Below are positions 1 through 8,201 of a stretch of 64,000 bases of DNA, one piece after another. A model generated the notes under the pieces. That model made no database searches, was not told the DNA's origin, and worked only from the letters and a program-made list of their open reading frames with translations. This stretch comes from an uncultured Alphaproteobacteria bacterium. Its GTDB lineage: Bacteria; Pseudomonadota; Alphaproteobacteria; Rs-D84. The stretch is from positions 85,704-149,703 of the forward strand of contig CALXMN010000002.1 of the NCBI GenBank assembly GCA_944389495.1, given 5' to 3'. The number at the start of each line of letters is the position of its first letter. Position 1 is the first letter of the stretch. The position numbers were made by a program, and so were the translations under genes.

Positions 1-232
1 ATCCGCACATTACCACAACCGCCAATATGTTTGATGTCCAATCAAATGTGCGTGCAATAATGGGGCGCGTTATGCGCGAATTATCGGAATTAAATGGAAA
101 CAGTTTTCTTACATAGGTTGCAGTTGCGTTTATCAAGTACCATAAAAATGTAGCAACCAATAATGGTATTAAAATTGACCGACCCAACCACAGAAAAAAT
201 ATTAATGCAACAAATACTATTATTCCGTTCAT
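1..232 (-). CDS. 5' end of a membrane-protein gene running off the left edge (N-terminal ~77 aa only)
   Basis: ATG at 232 on the minus strand opens MNGIIVFVALIFFLWLGRSILIPLLVATFLWYLINATATYVRKLF... and stays open to position 1. The N-terminus is hydrophobic. It is absent from the ORF track because there is no stop inside the window. Family not assignable. Confidence 0.35.
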   Translation of the reverse strand, partial: MNGIIVFVALIFFLWLGRSILIPLLVATFLWYLINATATYVRKLFPFNSDNSRITRPIIARTFDWTSNILAVVVMCG

Positions 233-275
233 AAAATTCCCCTATGCCTTGTATATGTGTATCCAGCGCGATTTT

Positions 276-1175
276 TTATTGTTGAACCGTGGCCAGGTCG
301 TTGATGTTCATTGTGATGTTGGCGACATCGTTTTGTGCATTTATAAACATTACAATTACACCAATCAAAACCAAAATGTTTGCAATTATTGCAACATAGG
401 CGTATTTATCGCGCAGTTGCTGCTTGAATTCCAATGGGTCCGTTATTCGGAACCATAGTGCAAATATTAAGGCCGAACACAGCGTTAATATTACGGATTT
501 GTATCCGTAAAAAAACTGGGAATAAAGTGTAATAACAGCAAATGTAAGTATTGTATATGTTTGATTGGATATAATTCGGTTGGTTAATTTGGAATACCAT
601 TTTGTGTGAACGTTTACCGCCGTATCGGTGTTTTTTGTGTCGTCTTTAATTAAATAACCCGGTATCCACAGCAATCCAAACCCAAATGGCATAGAGCAAA
701 TTATTTTCCACGGGCGGATTCCCATTTCGCGGCAACGTTTATACTTGGCATATAAATTTGTGAAAAATAATCCGCAAAGGTACATATAAAACAGACCCGC
801 AATTATAACAATAACAGAAAATGTTGTTGGGTTTGTGCTGTAAAGCCATATTAATTTTGCAGAGATTTGATTTTGATATTTTGCGATAAATATGGATGAT
901 ATTAAAAATAACGTTGCCACAACGGTCATTTGTGTGTTATTCAGTGCGACAAATGCGAATCTGTTCATTTTCCCGCGTGGCGCGGTATAGAGTGTTATCG
1001 CGGCCGCAACGGCAACCGAGATTATTATTACAAAAAACGTCGGCCAATATCCGCCGAATTGGTTATAGTTTACAAGTATTGATGCAAGCATTATTAATGC
1101 AAGTGATATAAGTGCGAATTTAAACGGATGCCACAACAACCACATTAATAATGATTGTGATTTTTTGTTTTTCAT
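276..1175 (-). CDS. polytopic inner-membrane protein, unknown function
   Basis: 299-aa ORF with many hydrophobic segments (FALISLALIMLASILV, FFVIIISVAVAAAITLY, VIVIIAGLFYMYLCGLFF, YVAIIANILVLIGVIVMF). Same strand as sufC with a short gap downstream of it. No catalytic motif recognised. Confidence 0.55.
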   Translation of the reverse strand: MKNKKSQSLLMWLLWHPFKFALISLALIMLASILVNYNQFGGYWPTFFVIIISVAVAAAITLYTAPRGKMNRFAFVALNNTQMTVVATLFLISSIFIAKYQNQISAKLIWLYSTNPTTFSVIVIIAGLFYMYLCGLFFTNLYAKYKRCREMGIRPWKIICSMPFGFGLLWIPGYLIKDDTKNTDTAVNVHTKWYSKLTNRIISNQTYTILTFAVITLYSQFFYGYKSVILTLCSALIFALWFRITDPLEFKQQLRDKYAYVAIIANILVLIGVIVMFINAQNDVANITMNINDLATVQQ

Positions 1176-1201
1176 TATTTCCCCCTGGATACCATTAATA
1201 G

Positions 1202-1879
1202 TTATTTTATCATAACTTTGCCATTCGACAAAGTTGTTATATCGGTTGGTTGTACCATATCGGTAAAATTTTTCTGATGACTGATAAACACGAACGTTGT
1301 ATCACGCATTTCGTGAATTGTATTAACAATTTGTTGTTGAACCGTGGCGTCGGCACCAGAATCAGGTTCATCCAAAATGGCGAATTTGGGCCGTGTCATA
1401 ACCAATCGTAACAGCATAAGGCGTTTGCGCTCGCCACCCGAAAAGCCAACATTAATTGATCGGTTAAGCCACTGTTTCGGTATATCCAGTTTTGTACGTA
1501 CGTTTTCCAGCGCGGTTAAAAATTCCCCCATAGATAAATCGTGACCTGTTTCAAAATGGTGATGTGCCGCCATAGAATGCTTAAGAAAACTAAGCACGGT
1601 TAAACCCGGTATTTCGGGCACATTTTGGGAACCGATAAAAATCCCCATTAATGCGCGTGCAGTGGCGTTTTCGTTTGTTATATCGCGATCTTCAAATATA
1701 ATTTTACCCGTATCAATGGTGTATTCGGGATTGCCCGCAATCACGGATACCAGTGTTGATTTCCCTGAACCATTATGACCCGACAATAAGTGTCGCGCAC
1801 CACGTGCAATGGTCATATTTATATCAGATAATAAACGTTTGCCGTTCAATGATACAGATAAATTCTTTATTTCCAACAT
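1202..1879 (-). CDS. sufC: Fe-S cluster assembly ATPase SufC
   Basis: ABC ATPase with Walker A GHNGSGKST, signature FSGGERKR and Walker B FAILDEPDSG. SufC-like N-terminus MLEIKNLSVS. Lies immediately downstream of sufB. Confidence 0.9.
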   Translation of the reverse strand: MLEIKNLSVSLNGKRLLSDINMTIARGARHLLSGHNGSGKSTLVSVIAGNPEYTIDTGKIIFEDRDITNENATARALMGIFIGSQNVPEIPGLTVLSFLKHSMAAHHHFETGHDLSMGEFLTALENVRTKLDIPKQWLNRSINVGFSGGERKRLMLLRLVMTRPKFAILDEPDSGADATVQQQIVNTIHEMRDTTFVFISHQKNFTDMVQPTDITTLSNGKVMIK

Positions 1880-1896
1880 ACTTTATCCGTTTGTTT

Positions 1897-3222
1897 TTAT
1901 TTCCTTTCCAATGCCATTTGAATCAGCTGTTTGGATTCAACCAAGAATTCCATCGGCAGACGTGATATTACCGGTGATGCCGTTGCACCGATTATCAGTG
2001 CGGTTGCCGTGTCTTCATCAATGCCAGATTGCATTAAGTATTGCAATTGTGTGGCGTCGATTGTGCCGGTTGATGCCTCGTGACTTTGTTGGTTGTCGCC
2101 ATTGCCGTGTATAATCGTTGGTAATGTATTTGCCGTGGCGTTGGTGCCGATAAGGCGTGTGTCACATTTTGATGCATTTATTCCGTTATGACCAGAAAAA
2201 CTGACCAAACTGCGAAATGTTTGGCGTGATGTGTCCAGTGCAACCCCATACGATAATATGTTTGATACGGTGTTATTTCCAATGTGAATCATTTTTGTAC
2301 CTGTGTCGGCCTGTTGCCCGCCACGGGTTATTGTCAAAGAGTAAAAGTCAGATGATGCACCATCGCCCGCCAAAATAGTTGACGGATATTTCCACGTCAT
2401 CGCAGAACCAATTTCAACCTGGGTCCAGTTCAGACGGGCATTTTTATCACAGCGTCCCCGCTTGGTCACAAAATTTAATATTCCGCCCGTTTTTTTTGTG
2501 TTGAATTTACCTGGGTACCAATTCTGGACCGTTGCATAACGTACCGTTGCGTTGTCGTGAACAATTATTTCAACAACACCGCTGTGCAGTTGATGGTTGG
2601 GACGGCGGGGGGCGCTGCAACCCTCCATATAACTAAGTTCTGCGCCGGTATCTGCGATAATCAATGTGCGTTCAAATTGTCCGATTTTTGCGGTTTCGAT
2701 TCTGAAATAACTGGCCAAATCAATGGGGCATTTTGTGTTGGGGGGGATGTAGACAAATGTACCGTCTGAAAATACCGCCGCGTTCAGTGCCGCAAAGAAA
2801 TTGTCGCCCGCCGGTACAACCGTGCCAAGATATTTCTTGACCAATTCTGGGTATTGTTGGACCGCGTCCGAAAATGGCAGAAATATTATCCCCAATCGAT
2901 TTAATTCGTCTGTGTAAGATGTGTGTACGGAACGACTGTCGATGACGGTGTCGGTCGCCATTCCCATCAGTGCATTTTGTTCGCCAATGGGTAAACCCAT
3001 TTTTTCGTATGTCGCACGCAAGTCAGAATTATCAATTTGTTTCGGGGCGTTATAGTAGTTTAATTTATCATAATTAATTGGTTCGTAATCAATTTCTGCC
3101 CAATGTGGTTCGTGCATTTTTTGCCACGTATTAAATGCCGAAATTCGCCATTCCAACAACCAGGCGGGTTCGTTACGTTTGCCTGATATGTCACGAATAA
3201 GATCTTTGGATAGCCTTGGCAT
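1897..3222 (-). CDS. sufB: Fe-S cluster assembly scaffold SufB
   Basis: SufB-like along its length (NEPAWLLEWRISAF, FVYIPPNTKCPIDLASYFRI, MEGCSAP, TKMIHIGNNT, GTIDATQLQYLMQSGIDEDTA). The ORF opens at 3267, but the ATG at 3222 (MPRLSKDLIRD) removes a 41-nt overlap with the upstream gene. Confidence 0.9.
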   Translation of the reverse strand: MPRLSKDLIRDISGKRNEPAWLLEWRISAFNTWQKMHEPHWAEIDYEPINYDKLNYYNAPKQIDNSDLRATYEKMGLPIGEQNALMGMATDTVIDSRSVHTSYTDELNRLGIIFLPFSDAVQQYPELVKKYLGTVVPAGDNFFAALNAAVFSDGTFVYIPPNTKCPIDLASYFRIETAKIGQFERTLIIADTGAELSYMEGCSAPRRPNHQLHSGVVEIIVHDNATVRYATVQNWYPGKFNTKKTGGILNFVTKRGRCDKNARLNWTQVEIGSAMTWKYPSTILAGDGASSDFYSLTITRGGQQADTGTKMIHIGNNTVSNILSYGVALDTSRQTFRSLVSFSGHNGINASKCDTRLIGTNATANTLPTIIHGNGDNQQSHEASTGTIDATQLQYLMQSGIDEDTATALIIGATASPVISRLPMEFLVESKQLIQMALERK

Positions 3223-3226
3223 ATTT

Positions 3227-3772
3227 TTATTCAATTGTTTGTGCGGCCAATTGTTTTGCCTGGGCAAAGAATGTTAACGATTGCCCCAACAGACCGTCGG
3301 TAAATGTCGCGGCCAGTATGCCATCAGGATCCGTTGTCGTCAAGTGATGCAAAAATGTGTCCGCGCGGTTCATATAATTGTCGATACTGCGGGCAACCTC
3401 GGCATCAAGTTTTATGCAACGGCGCAGTTTTTCCAATGCAAATGGATTTTTTGCATATTCATCCATAATTCCGCCCAGGGCCCGCCAAAGTGGATGCTCG
3501 TTCGTGTTGCGGGGCATAACATCAATTGCCGCCATAATGGGAATCAGGTTTTGTAATAAATCTTGGTATATCATTTCCGCATTTTCGGCAACCGCGTTTG
3601 TTGCAGATTTGTTTTTTAATGTGGCCTGGATCTTTACAATCAAATTATATTGATGGGTCAGGGTTTTTGATATATCACGCACGCGGGTGTTTGCAATGTA
3701 TACAAAATATAACATTATGATTTGAGTTAAAAAAACAATGGCAATTCCGATAAAAATTAACGTGTTTTGCAT
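3227..3772 (-). CDS. membrane-anchored helical protein, unknown function
   Basis: 181-aa ORF with one N-terminal TM (LIFIGIAIVFLTQIIMLYFVYI) followed by a helical soluble part. Its stop is 4 nt before the sufB ATG, which suggests an operon. No family recognised. Confidence 0.5.
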   Translation of the reverse strand: MQNTLIFIGIAIVFLTQIIMLYFVYIANTRVRDISKTLTHQYNLIVKIQATLKNKSATNAVAENAEMIYQDLLQNLIPIMAAIDVMPRNTNEHPLWRALGGIMDEYAKNPFALEKLRRCIKLDAEVARSIDNYMNRADTFLHHLTTTDPDGILAATFTDGLLGQSLTFFAQAKQLAAQTIE

Positions 3773-3955
3773 AAAATTCCCCCAATAATAACCTGCTTTG
3801 CGTACAGTATAGCATCTTTTATCGATTCGTGCGATTTTATCTTTGACGGTAAATTTTTCGCGCTGTATTCGTGCGATTTAATCTTGCACAGATTCGGTCA
3901 AGTTGTTATAATAATATGTAATTATATTAATGAACGTTCAGGAAAGGAAGTTTTT

Positions 3956-4870
3956 ATGTTCCGCAAAATTTTAATTGTCGCAATGTTTGCAACCGCGGCG
4001 GGTTATTGTTTTGCCGCGGAAACAAATCTGCCCCAGGTTGTCACGTCAGAGGTATATTATGACGTTGAACCCGTTGTTTCAGAATCCCAAACCATAGAGG
4101 TTGATACCACAACCGCACAAGAGCAGGTGCCGGTTTGGCCAATTGCCGGGTCAGATGCGGATGTTACCGTTGCGTGTGATGACGGTGCCTGTGCGGGCGA
4201 CAAGGACAAGGATAATATTCGTATAGTTTCCAAAATTGGTGCAGATTTGGTTGTGGAAAATAATTTTAATTTGGCCGGTGCAACCGACGGTGACTTTAAT
4301 GGTTGGTCGGGTGGTGCAAATATGCTGCACGGAACCCAGGTGCCCGCCGGATTCGATGATCCGTGTGATAGTGGGGCGGAAATGCCATTGTTGTCACGTG
4401 AAATGTTGGAGGATGATGGCGGGTCTGTTCTGTCTGTGTCACGCAGCAGTCGCCAGGATTGTACCCAGTATCGTGATGGCTATACTGCGTTTATGGCCAA
4501 GTTTGGGATGAGTGATGCCGAAATCGCCGCCGCCAATGAAGAGGCGGAATCGCTGGATGCGGAAATTGCCGTTGATGTTTCTGCTGATGCCGAGGCGCCG
4601 GTTACATTGACTGACCAGGTTCGGTCCTGGGTCGTGGCAAACGGACAGACTCTGCGTGAGGTATTACAAGATTGGTGTAATAAAGAGGGATGGGATTTGG
4701 TTTGGGCTACATCGCGTGAATATCCAATAGAGGCCAGTGCCGTATTCAAGGGGCGTTTTGTTGATGTTGCGTCTGCGCTGGTTCGGAACTTTGCGCGTGC
4801 AACACCGATTCCGTATGCCAAGTTTTACAAGGGAAATCGTGTTTTGGTAATTTCAACAACCGAAGAATAA
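3956..4870 (+). CDS. secreted acidic protein with TcpQ/PilL-like C-terminal domain (secretin partner candidate)
   Basis: ATG 3956 is preceded by GGAAAGGAAG; the ORF track start at 3767 is a TTG extension. Signal peptide MFRKILIVAMFATAAGYCFA|AE. The C-terminus TLREVLQDWCNKEGWDLVWATSREYPIEASAVFKGRFVDVASALVRNF...AKFYKGNRVLVIS resembles the TcpQ/PilL family, which accompanies type IVb secretins. The gene sits directly upstream of a secretin. Confidence 0.5.
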   Translation: MFRKILIVAMFATAAGYCFAAETNLPQVVTSEVYYDVEPVVSESQTIEVDTTTAQEQVPVWPIAGSDADVTVACDDGACAGDKDKDNIRIVSKIGADLVVENNFNLAGATDGDFNGWSGGANMLHGTQVPAGFDDPCDSGAEMPLLSREMLEDDGGSVLSVSRSSRQDCTQYRDGYTAFMAKFGMSDAEIAAANEEAESLDAEIAVDVSADAEAPVTLTDQVRSWVVANGQTLREVLQDWCNKEGWDLVWATSREYPIEASAVFKGRFVDVASALVRNFARATPIPYAKFYKGNRVLVISTTEE

Positions 4871-4903
4871 GATGTCGTGTTTTTGCCGTAGGAGAATATA
4901 AAT

Positions 4904-6532
4904 ATGACCAACCCGATAAAATATTTGTTTATGTGTGGCATAATTGGCGCAATGGTTGCGGGATGTGCCACCAAGGAATCGGCCAAGGTTGCGGCATCTG
5001 TGGACCAGGATTTTATCAATGCGTATGACGCGTTTGAAATGTCCAAGAATCCGCCGGCCAAGGTTGCCAGCGGGGATACGGTGTCTATGTCCGAAGGTGT
5101 GTGGTTGGGATCTTCGTCAACGTTGTTGGCGCATCGTAATAATTTGCCATCACAATTTGAAACGGGTACGGGAATTACAATTTTGTTGGATGAACCGGTA
5201 ACGTTGCAGGCATTGTCAAATAACATAACCTCTGTTACGGGAATACCGGTCAAAATTGATAATCAAATTAATTCAGAAAAATTAAAAAAGACAATTAATG
5301 TTGCTTATACCGGCAGTTTGTCGGGGCTGTTATCGCAAATCGCAACAGATTTGGATTTACTGTGGTATTATGACAAAACATCAATTGTGTTTTATGAAAC
5401 AGAAACCAAGACGTTTACTTTATATGCGTTGGGGACGGATGTGTCGTATCAAACCGCCGTTGAAACCGATGATGGTAATGCCGTGTCTTTGGAATCTACG
5501 CTGAAAGAGTGGGATGAAATTGAAAATGCGCTGGATACCATAATTGGTGATACGGATAATGCATCGTTTACCGTATCGCGCAGTTTGGGCACAATAACCG
5601 TTACTGCGCCACCATCAACGTTGGCACGTGTCGGGGATTATATCGAACGTCAAAATAAACGTTTGTCGCAGTTGGTGACAATTGATGTCAAGGTTCTGCA
5701 GGTATCTATTTCCAACGATTCGGCCTTTGGGTTGAATTTGGCGGCGGCAATTAATTCGGCATCTGGATTGAATATTGTTGCAAATCCGAAAAATAATCTG
5801 ACCAGTACCGAGGCAAGTTCTATGAATATTGCCGTATTATCTAATACTGTGTCTGCGGCAACAGGGGCAACCCATCTGGAGGGTAACGATACCGTTGCCG
5901 GTGCATATACCCAGGATCAGATTCAGAATGGTTCTTTGGCCGGGTTGGCCGGAACGGATGCTCTTATCCAGGCGTTGGCCAAACAGGGCAAGGTTTCGTT
6001 GGTTACAAACGTTGGGGTTACAACGCGTAATAATCGTGTTGCGCCCGTAAATAATACGCGCACAACCGGATATATTAAGCGGTTTGAATCACGTAACTTT
6101 ACAACCGTAGAATCCAGCACCGTTGACCAGGATGATTTGGAAACAGGATTTTCGATGCAGTTATTGCCGAATGTTTTGGAAAATGGTAAGATTTTGCTGC
6201 TGTTCAGAATGTCGGTGCGTGAATTGTTGCGTATGCAGCAACAAACCATTGGCGAGGTTACTTTGCAATTGCCCGAGGTTGAAGAGCGCAGCTTTATGCA
6301 AGAGGTTATTATGGAATCCGGACAAATGTTGGTCGTTTCTGGATTTGAAAAACAGGAAAATAATGATACGCGATATGGACTTGGGGATCCTGATTTTATG
6401 GCCCTGTCGGGGTCGCGTGAAACGTCGGCCACACGTGATGTGTTGGTTGTTATCCTGACGCCCCAGGTGTTGGTCAGTCCGATGGATGCGGAACGAACAA
6501 TACAACAGCATTGGGGGGCACCACTGAATTAA
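4904..6532 (+). CDS. outer-membrane secretin lipoprotein, R64 PilN-like (type IVb pilus/T2SS-type secretin)
   Basis: GGAG RBS. Lipobox MVAG|C at Cys21. Secretin-domain blocks VTIDVKVLQVSISNDSAFGLN, GKVSLVTNVGVTTRNNRVAPV, GFSMQLLPNVLENGKILL, MLVVSGFEKQEN and RDVLVVILTPQV. The 542-aa length and lipoprotein nature match PilN-type secretins. Confidence 0.7.
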   Translation: MTNPIKYLFMCGIIGAMVAGCATKESAKVAASVDQDFINAYDAFEMSKNPPAKVASGDTVSMSEGVWLGSSSTLLAHRNNLPSQFETGTGITILLDEPVTLQALSNNITSVTGIPVKIDNQINSEKLKKTINVAYTGSLSGLLSQIATDLDLLWYYDKTSIVFYETETKTFTLYALGTDVSYQTAVETDDGNAVSLESTLKEWDEIENALDTIIGDTDNASFTVSRSLGTITVTAPPSTLARVGDYIERQNKRLSQLVTIDVKVLQVSISNDSAFGLNLAAAINSASGLNIVANPKNNLTSTEASSMNIAVLSNTVSAATGATHLEGNDTVAGAYTQDQIQNGSLAGLAGTDALIQALAKQGKVSLVTNVGVTTRNNRVAPVNNTRTTGYIKRFESRNFTTVESSTVDQDDLETGFSMQLLPNVLENGKILLLFRMSVRELLRMQQQTIGEVTLQLPEVEERSFMQEVIMESGQMLVVSGFEKQENNDTRYGLGDPDFMALSGSRETSATRDVLVVILTPQVLVSPMDAERTIQQHWGAPLN

Positions 6533-6558
6533 AAAATCCCCCGTATGGGGGATTTTTT
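6533..6558 (+). terminator. intrinsic terminator after the secretin gene
   Basis: AATCCCCC-GTAT-GGGGGATT hairpin followed by TTTTT. Confidence 0.75.
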
Positions 6559-6629
6559 GTGCTTTTTTGCTTGAACCGTCGATTCGGTTTTTATTATAAT
6601 AATTACATACGAATTGGGTCGTATATTAT

Positions 6630-6742
6630 GCCGAATTTAAACGGACGTTTATTTTCGGCATATTTGTATAGTAAAAAATGGTGTTTTCTGGGGCCTTTTA
6701 ACATAAAAAAAACGGTCGCAAAAACGTCCGTTTAAATTCGGC
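6630..6742. repeat. 21-bp perfect inverted repeat flanking a 71-bp spacer
   Basis: GCCGAATTTAAACGGACGTTT (6630-6650) is the exact reverse complement of AAACGTCCGTTTAAATTCGGC (6722-6742). It lies between the secretin terminator and the mini-fibre gene. Confidence 0.9.
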
Positions 6743-6780
6743 TTCTTGTGTTGGGGGCGCGGGGACAGAGAGTTTTTTAT

Positions 6781-7167
6781 ATGTGGCGCACAGTTTGTGT
6801 TTGGTTTTTGTTGGGTGTTGTATTGTGGCCGGTGGGTGCCCGGGCCGATGTTGCCAGTGCAAAATATGTCGAGGAAATTGTAAGTTCTGTGCGGGTCCAG
6901 TCTGATTGGAGCCAGAATGATTCTGGGGCGCTGGATTATATTAAAAACAAGCCTGATGTGCCGTCGCCGGATGCGGTTGAATATGTGGCAAATAAAACAA
7001 ATTTTGTGTCCGATGCATCGACGGATGCGCAATACCCATCTGCACGGGCGGTAAATACAGCGTTGGCACAAAAGGCCGATGTTGATGATGTGCGCTTTGA
7101 TACAATCCCAACCAGTCAACCCGCCGGTACGCCGCCCGCCGGTCAGGTATTTATATGGTTTAATTAA
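6781..7167 (+). CDS. small secreted tail-fibre-like protein (128 aa), minimal member of the fibre family at 40.5-48.6 kb
   Basis: ATG 6781 (the ORF opens at 6748 with TTG). Signal peptide MWRTVCVWFLLGVVLWPVGARA|DVASAKYVEE. Phage-fibre motifs DWSQNDSGALDYIKNKPDVPS and QYPSARAVNTALAQKADVDDV. Ends ...GQVFIWFN. Confidence 0.6.
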   Translation: MWRTVCVWFLLGVVLWPVGARADVASAKYVEEIVSSVRVQSDWSQNDSGALDYIKNKPDVPSPDAVEYVANKTNFVSDASTDAQYPSARAVNTALAQKADVDDVRFDTIPTSQPAGTPPAGQVFIWFN

Positions 7168-7170
7168 GCA

Positions 7171-8148
7171 ATGCCCGTAATAAATATTGGTGATATTCAA
7201 ATTCCGGTTCAGATGGCGCAAAAAACAACGCCTTCGTTAAAAATTATGGATGCGACGGGTACGATTTATTATGTCGATGCGATGGCGGCCGCGTGTCCAA
7301 ATGCGGTAAAAATATCAGATGGCGAAAATATTTACAGTATAGGTAACCAGACATTGGTATACCAGGCCGAGAATTTTAATTCTTGTGATACGGTTTCTTT
7401 GGAACCGGGATGTTATTATGCAGAAATTCGTGGTGGACGCGGCGGTGATGGCGGTAATAATGCGGACAGTGGGGGCGATGCACAAATACAAACGTACAGT
7501 TTTGTTATTTCGCAACAAACAGATGTTGTTGTGTTTCGTGGCGGTGATGGTAACGCAGGCGGTGTTAATCAAGATGATGGTATTTTTTCCGGTGGTGGTG
7601 GCGGCGCGTCCGGCGTGCCCAGTATGATCGCCGTTGATGATAATATAATTGTTTCATATGGCGGTGCCGGTGGTCGCGGTGGTGGTGGAATTGGACATAA
7701 TGATAATCAAACCGATTGTGGTCGCGGCGGCGGCGGTAATGCGGGCGAAAATTCCAATGGTAGCGATGCGATTGCGAATTATACGTGGACGAATTCTTTT
7801 CTTATGTGTGGTGCCGGGGGTGGTGGTGCGCCAAGTGGTAATGCGGGCGTGGGCGCAAGTGCCGTTGCCAATTCTTATGGTGGTAATCCGGGTGGTGTGG
7901 CGACAAGTGATTCCGGTGGTGCGGGCGGTGATGCGTGGCGAATAGTCGGCAGTACATCAGGCGGCGGTGGTGGCGCAACAATTTCTTTTTCTTGCGCGGG
8001 TCAAACTTTATATTCGTATGGTGGCGGTGGTGGCGGCGCAGTTCAAGCAAGAATGTCGCCCGGGCTTAACCTTGATGGGGGTGCAGGCGCCAGCGGTACA
8101 ACCGGAACCAGTGAATCCAGTTTTGTGCGAATTTATCGTTTTGGATAA
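7171..8148 (+). CDS. glycine-rich (polyglycine-block) protein, no signal peptide
   Basis: The ATG is 3 nt after the stop of the mini-fibre gene. Repeated blocks: YAEIRGGRGGDGG, VVFRGGDGNAGG, SGGGGGASG, YGGAGGRGGGG, GRGGGGNAG, CGAGGGGAPSG, GGAGGDAW, SGGGGGAT, YGGGGGGA, DGGAGASG. This resembles the bacterial/phage glycine-rich domain family also found in ALK/LTK receptors. Confidence 0.6.
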   Translation: MPVINIGDIQIPVQMAQKTTPSLKIMDATGTIYYVDAMAAACPNAVKISDGENIYSIGNQTLVYQAENFNSCDTVSLEPGCYYAEIRGGRGGDGGNNADSGGDAQIQTYSFVISQQTDVVVFRGGDGNAGGVNQDDGIFSGGGGGASGVPSMIAVDDNIIVSYGGAGGRGGGGIGHNDNQTDCGRGGGGNAGENSNGSDAIANYTWTNSFLMCGAGGGGAPSGNAGVGASAVANSYGGNPGGVATSDSGGAGGDAWRIVGSTSGGGGGATISFSCAGQTLYSYGGGGGGAVQARMSPGLNLDGGAGASGTTGTSESSFVRIYRFG

Positions 8149-8152
8149 TTAT

Positions 8153-8180
8153 AAAAAAACGCCCAACCAGGCGTTTTTTT
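8153..8180. terminator. bidirectional terminator between the Gly-rich gene and rpsT
   Basis: AAAAAAACGCC-CAACCA-GGCGTTTTTTT, with A and T tracts on either side. Confidence 0.75.
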
Positions 8181-8201
8181 AATTTGAAATTCTGGAACGC
8201 G

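Noticed and set aside
3767-3955. The N-terminal 63-aa extension of the TcpQ-like gene, and similar long 5' extensions in the ORF track at 11568, 13059, 26361, 32643, 50005, 50587, 57898 and 61817.
   Set aside because: The track opens ORFs at the first possible (often TTG/GTG) codon. In each case an internal ATG with an SD gives a canonical N-terminus or signal peptide and removes an overlap with the upstream gene or terminator.
6649-7221. 190-aa minus-strand ORF, plus 6511-6735 (+), spanning the inverted-repeat element and the start of the fibre and Gly-rich genes.
   Set aside because: They overlap better-supported plus-strand genes and the terminator/IR region. Their translations are Arg/Ile/Cys-rich low-complexity sequence with no start context.
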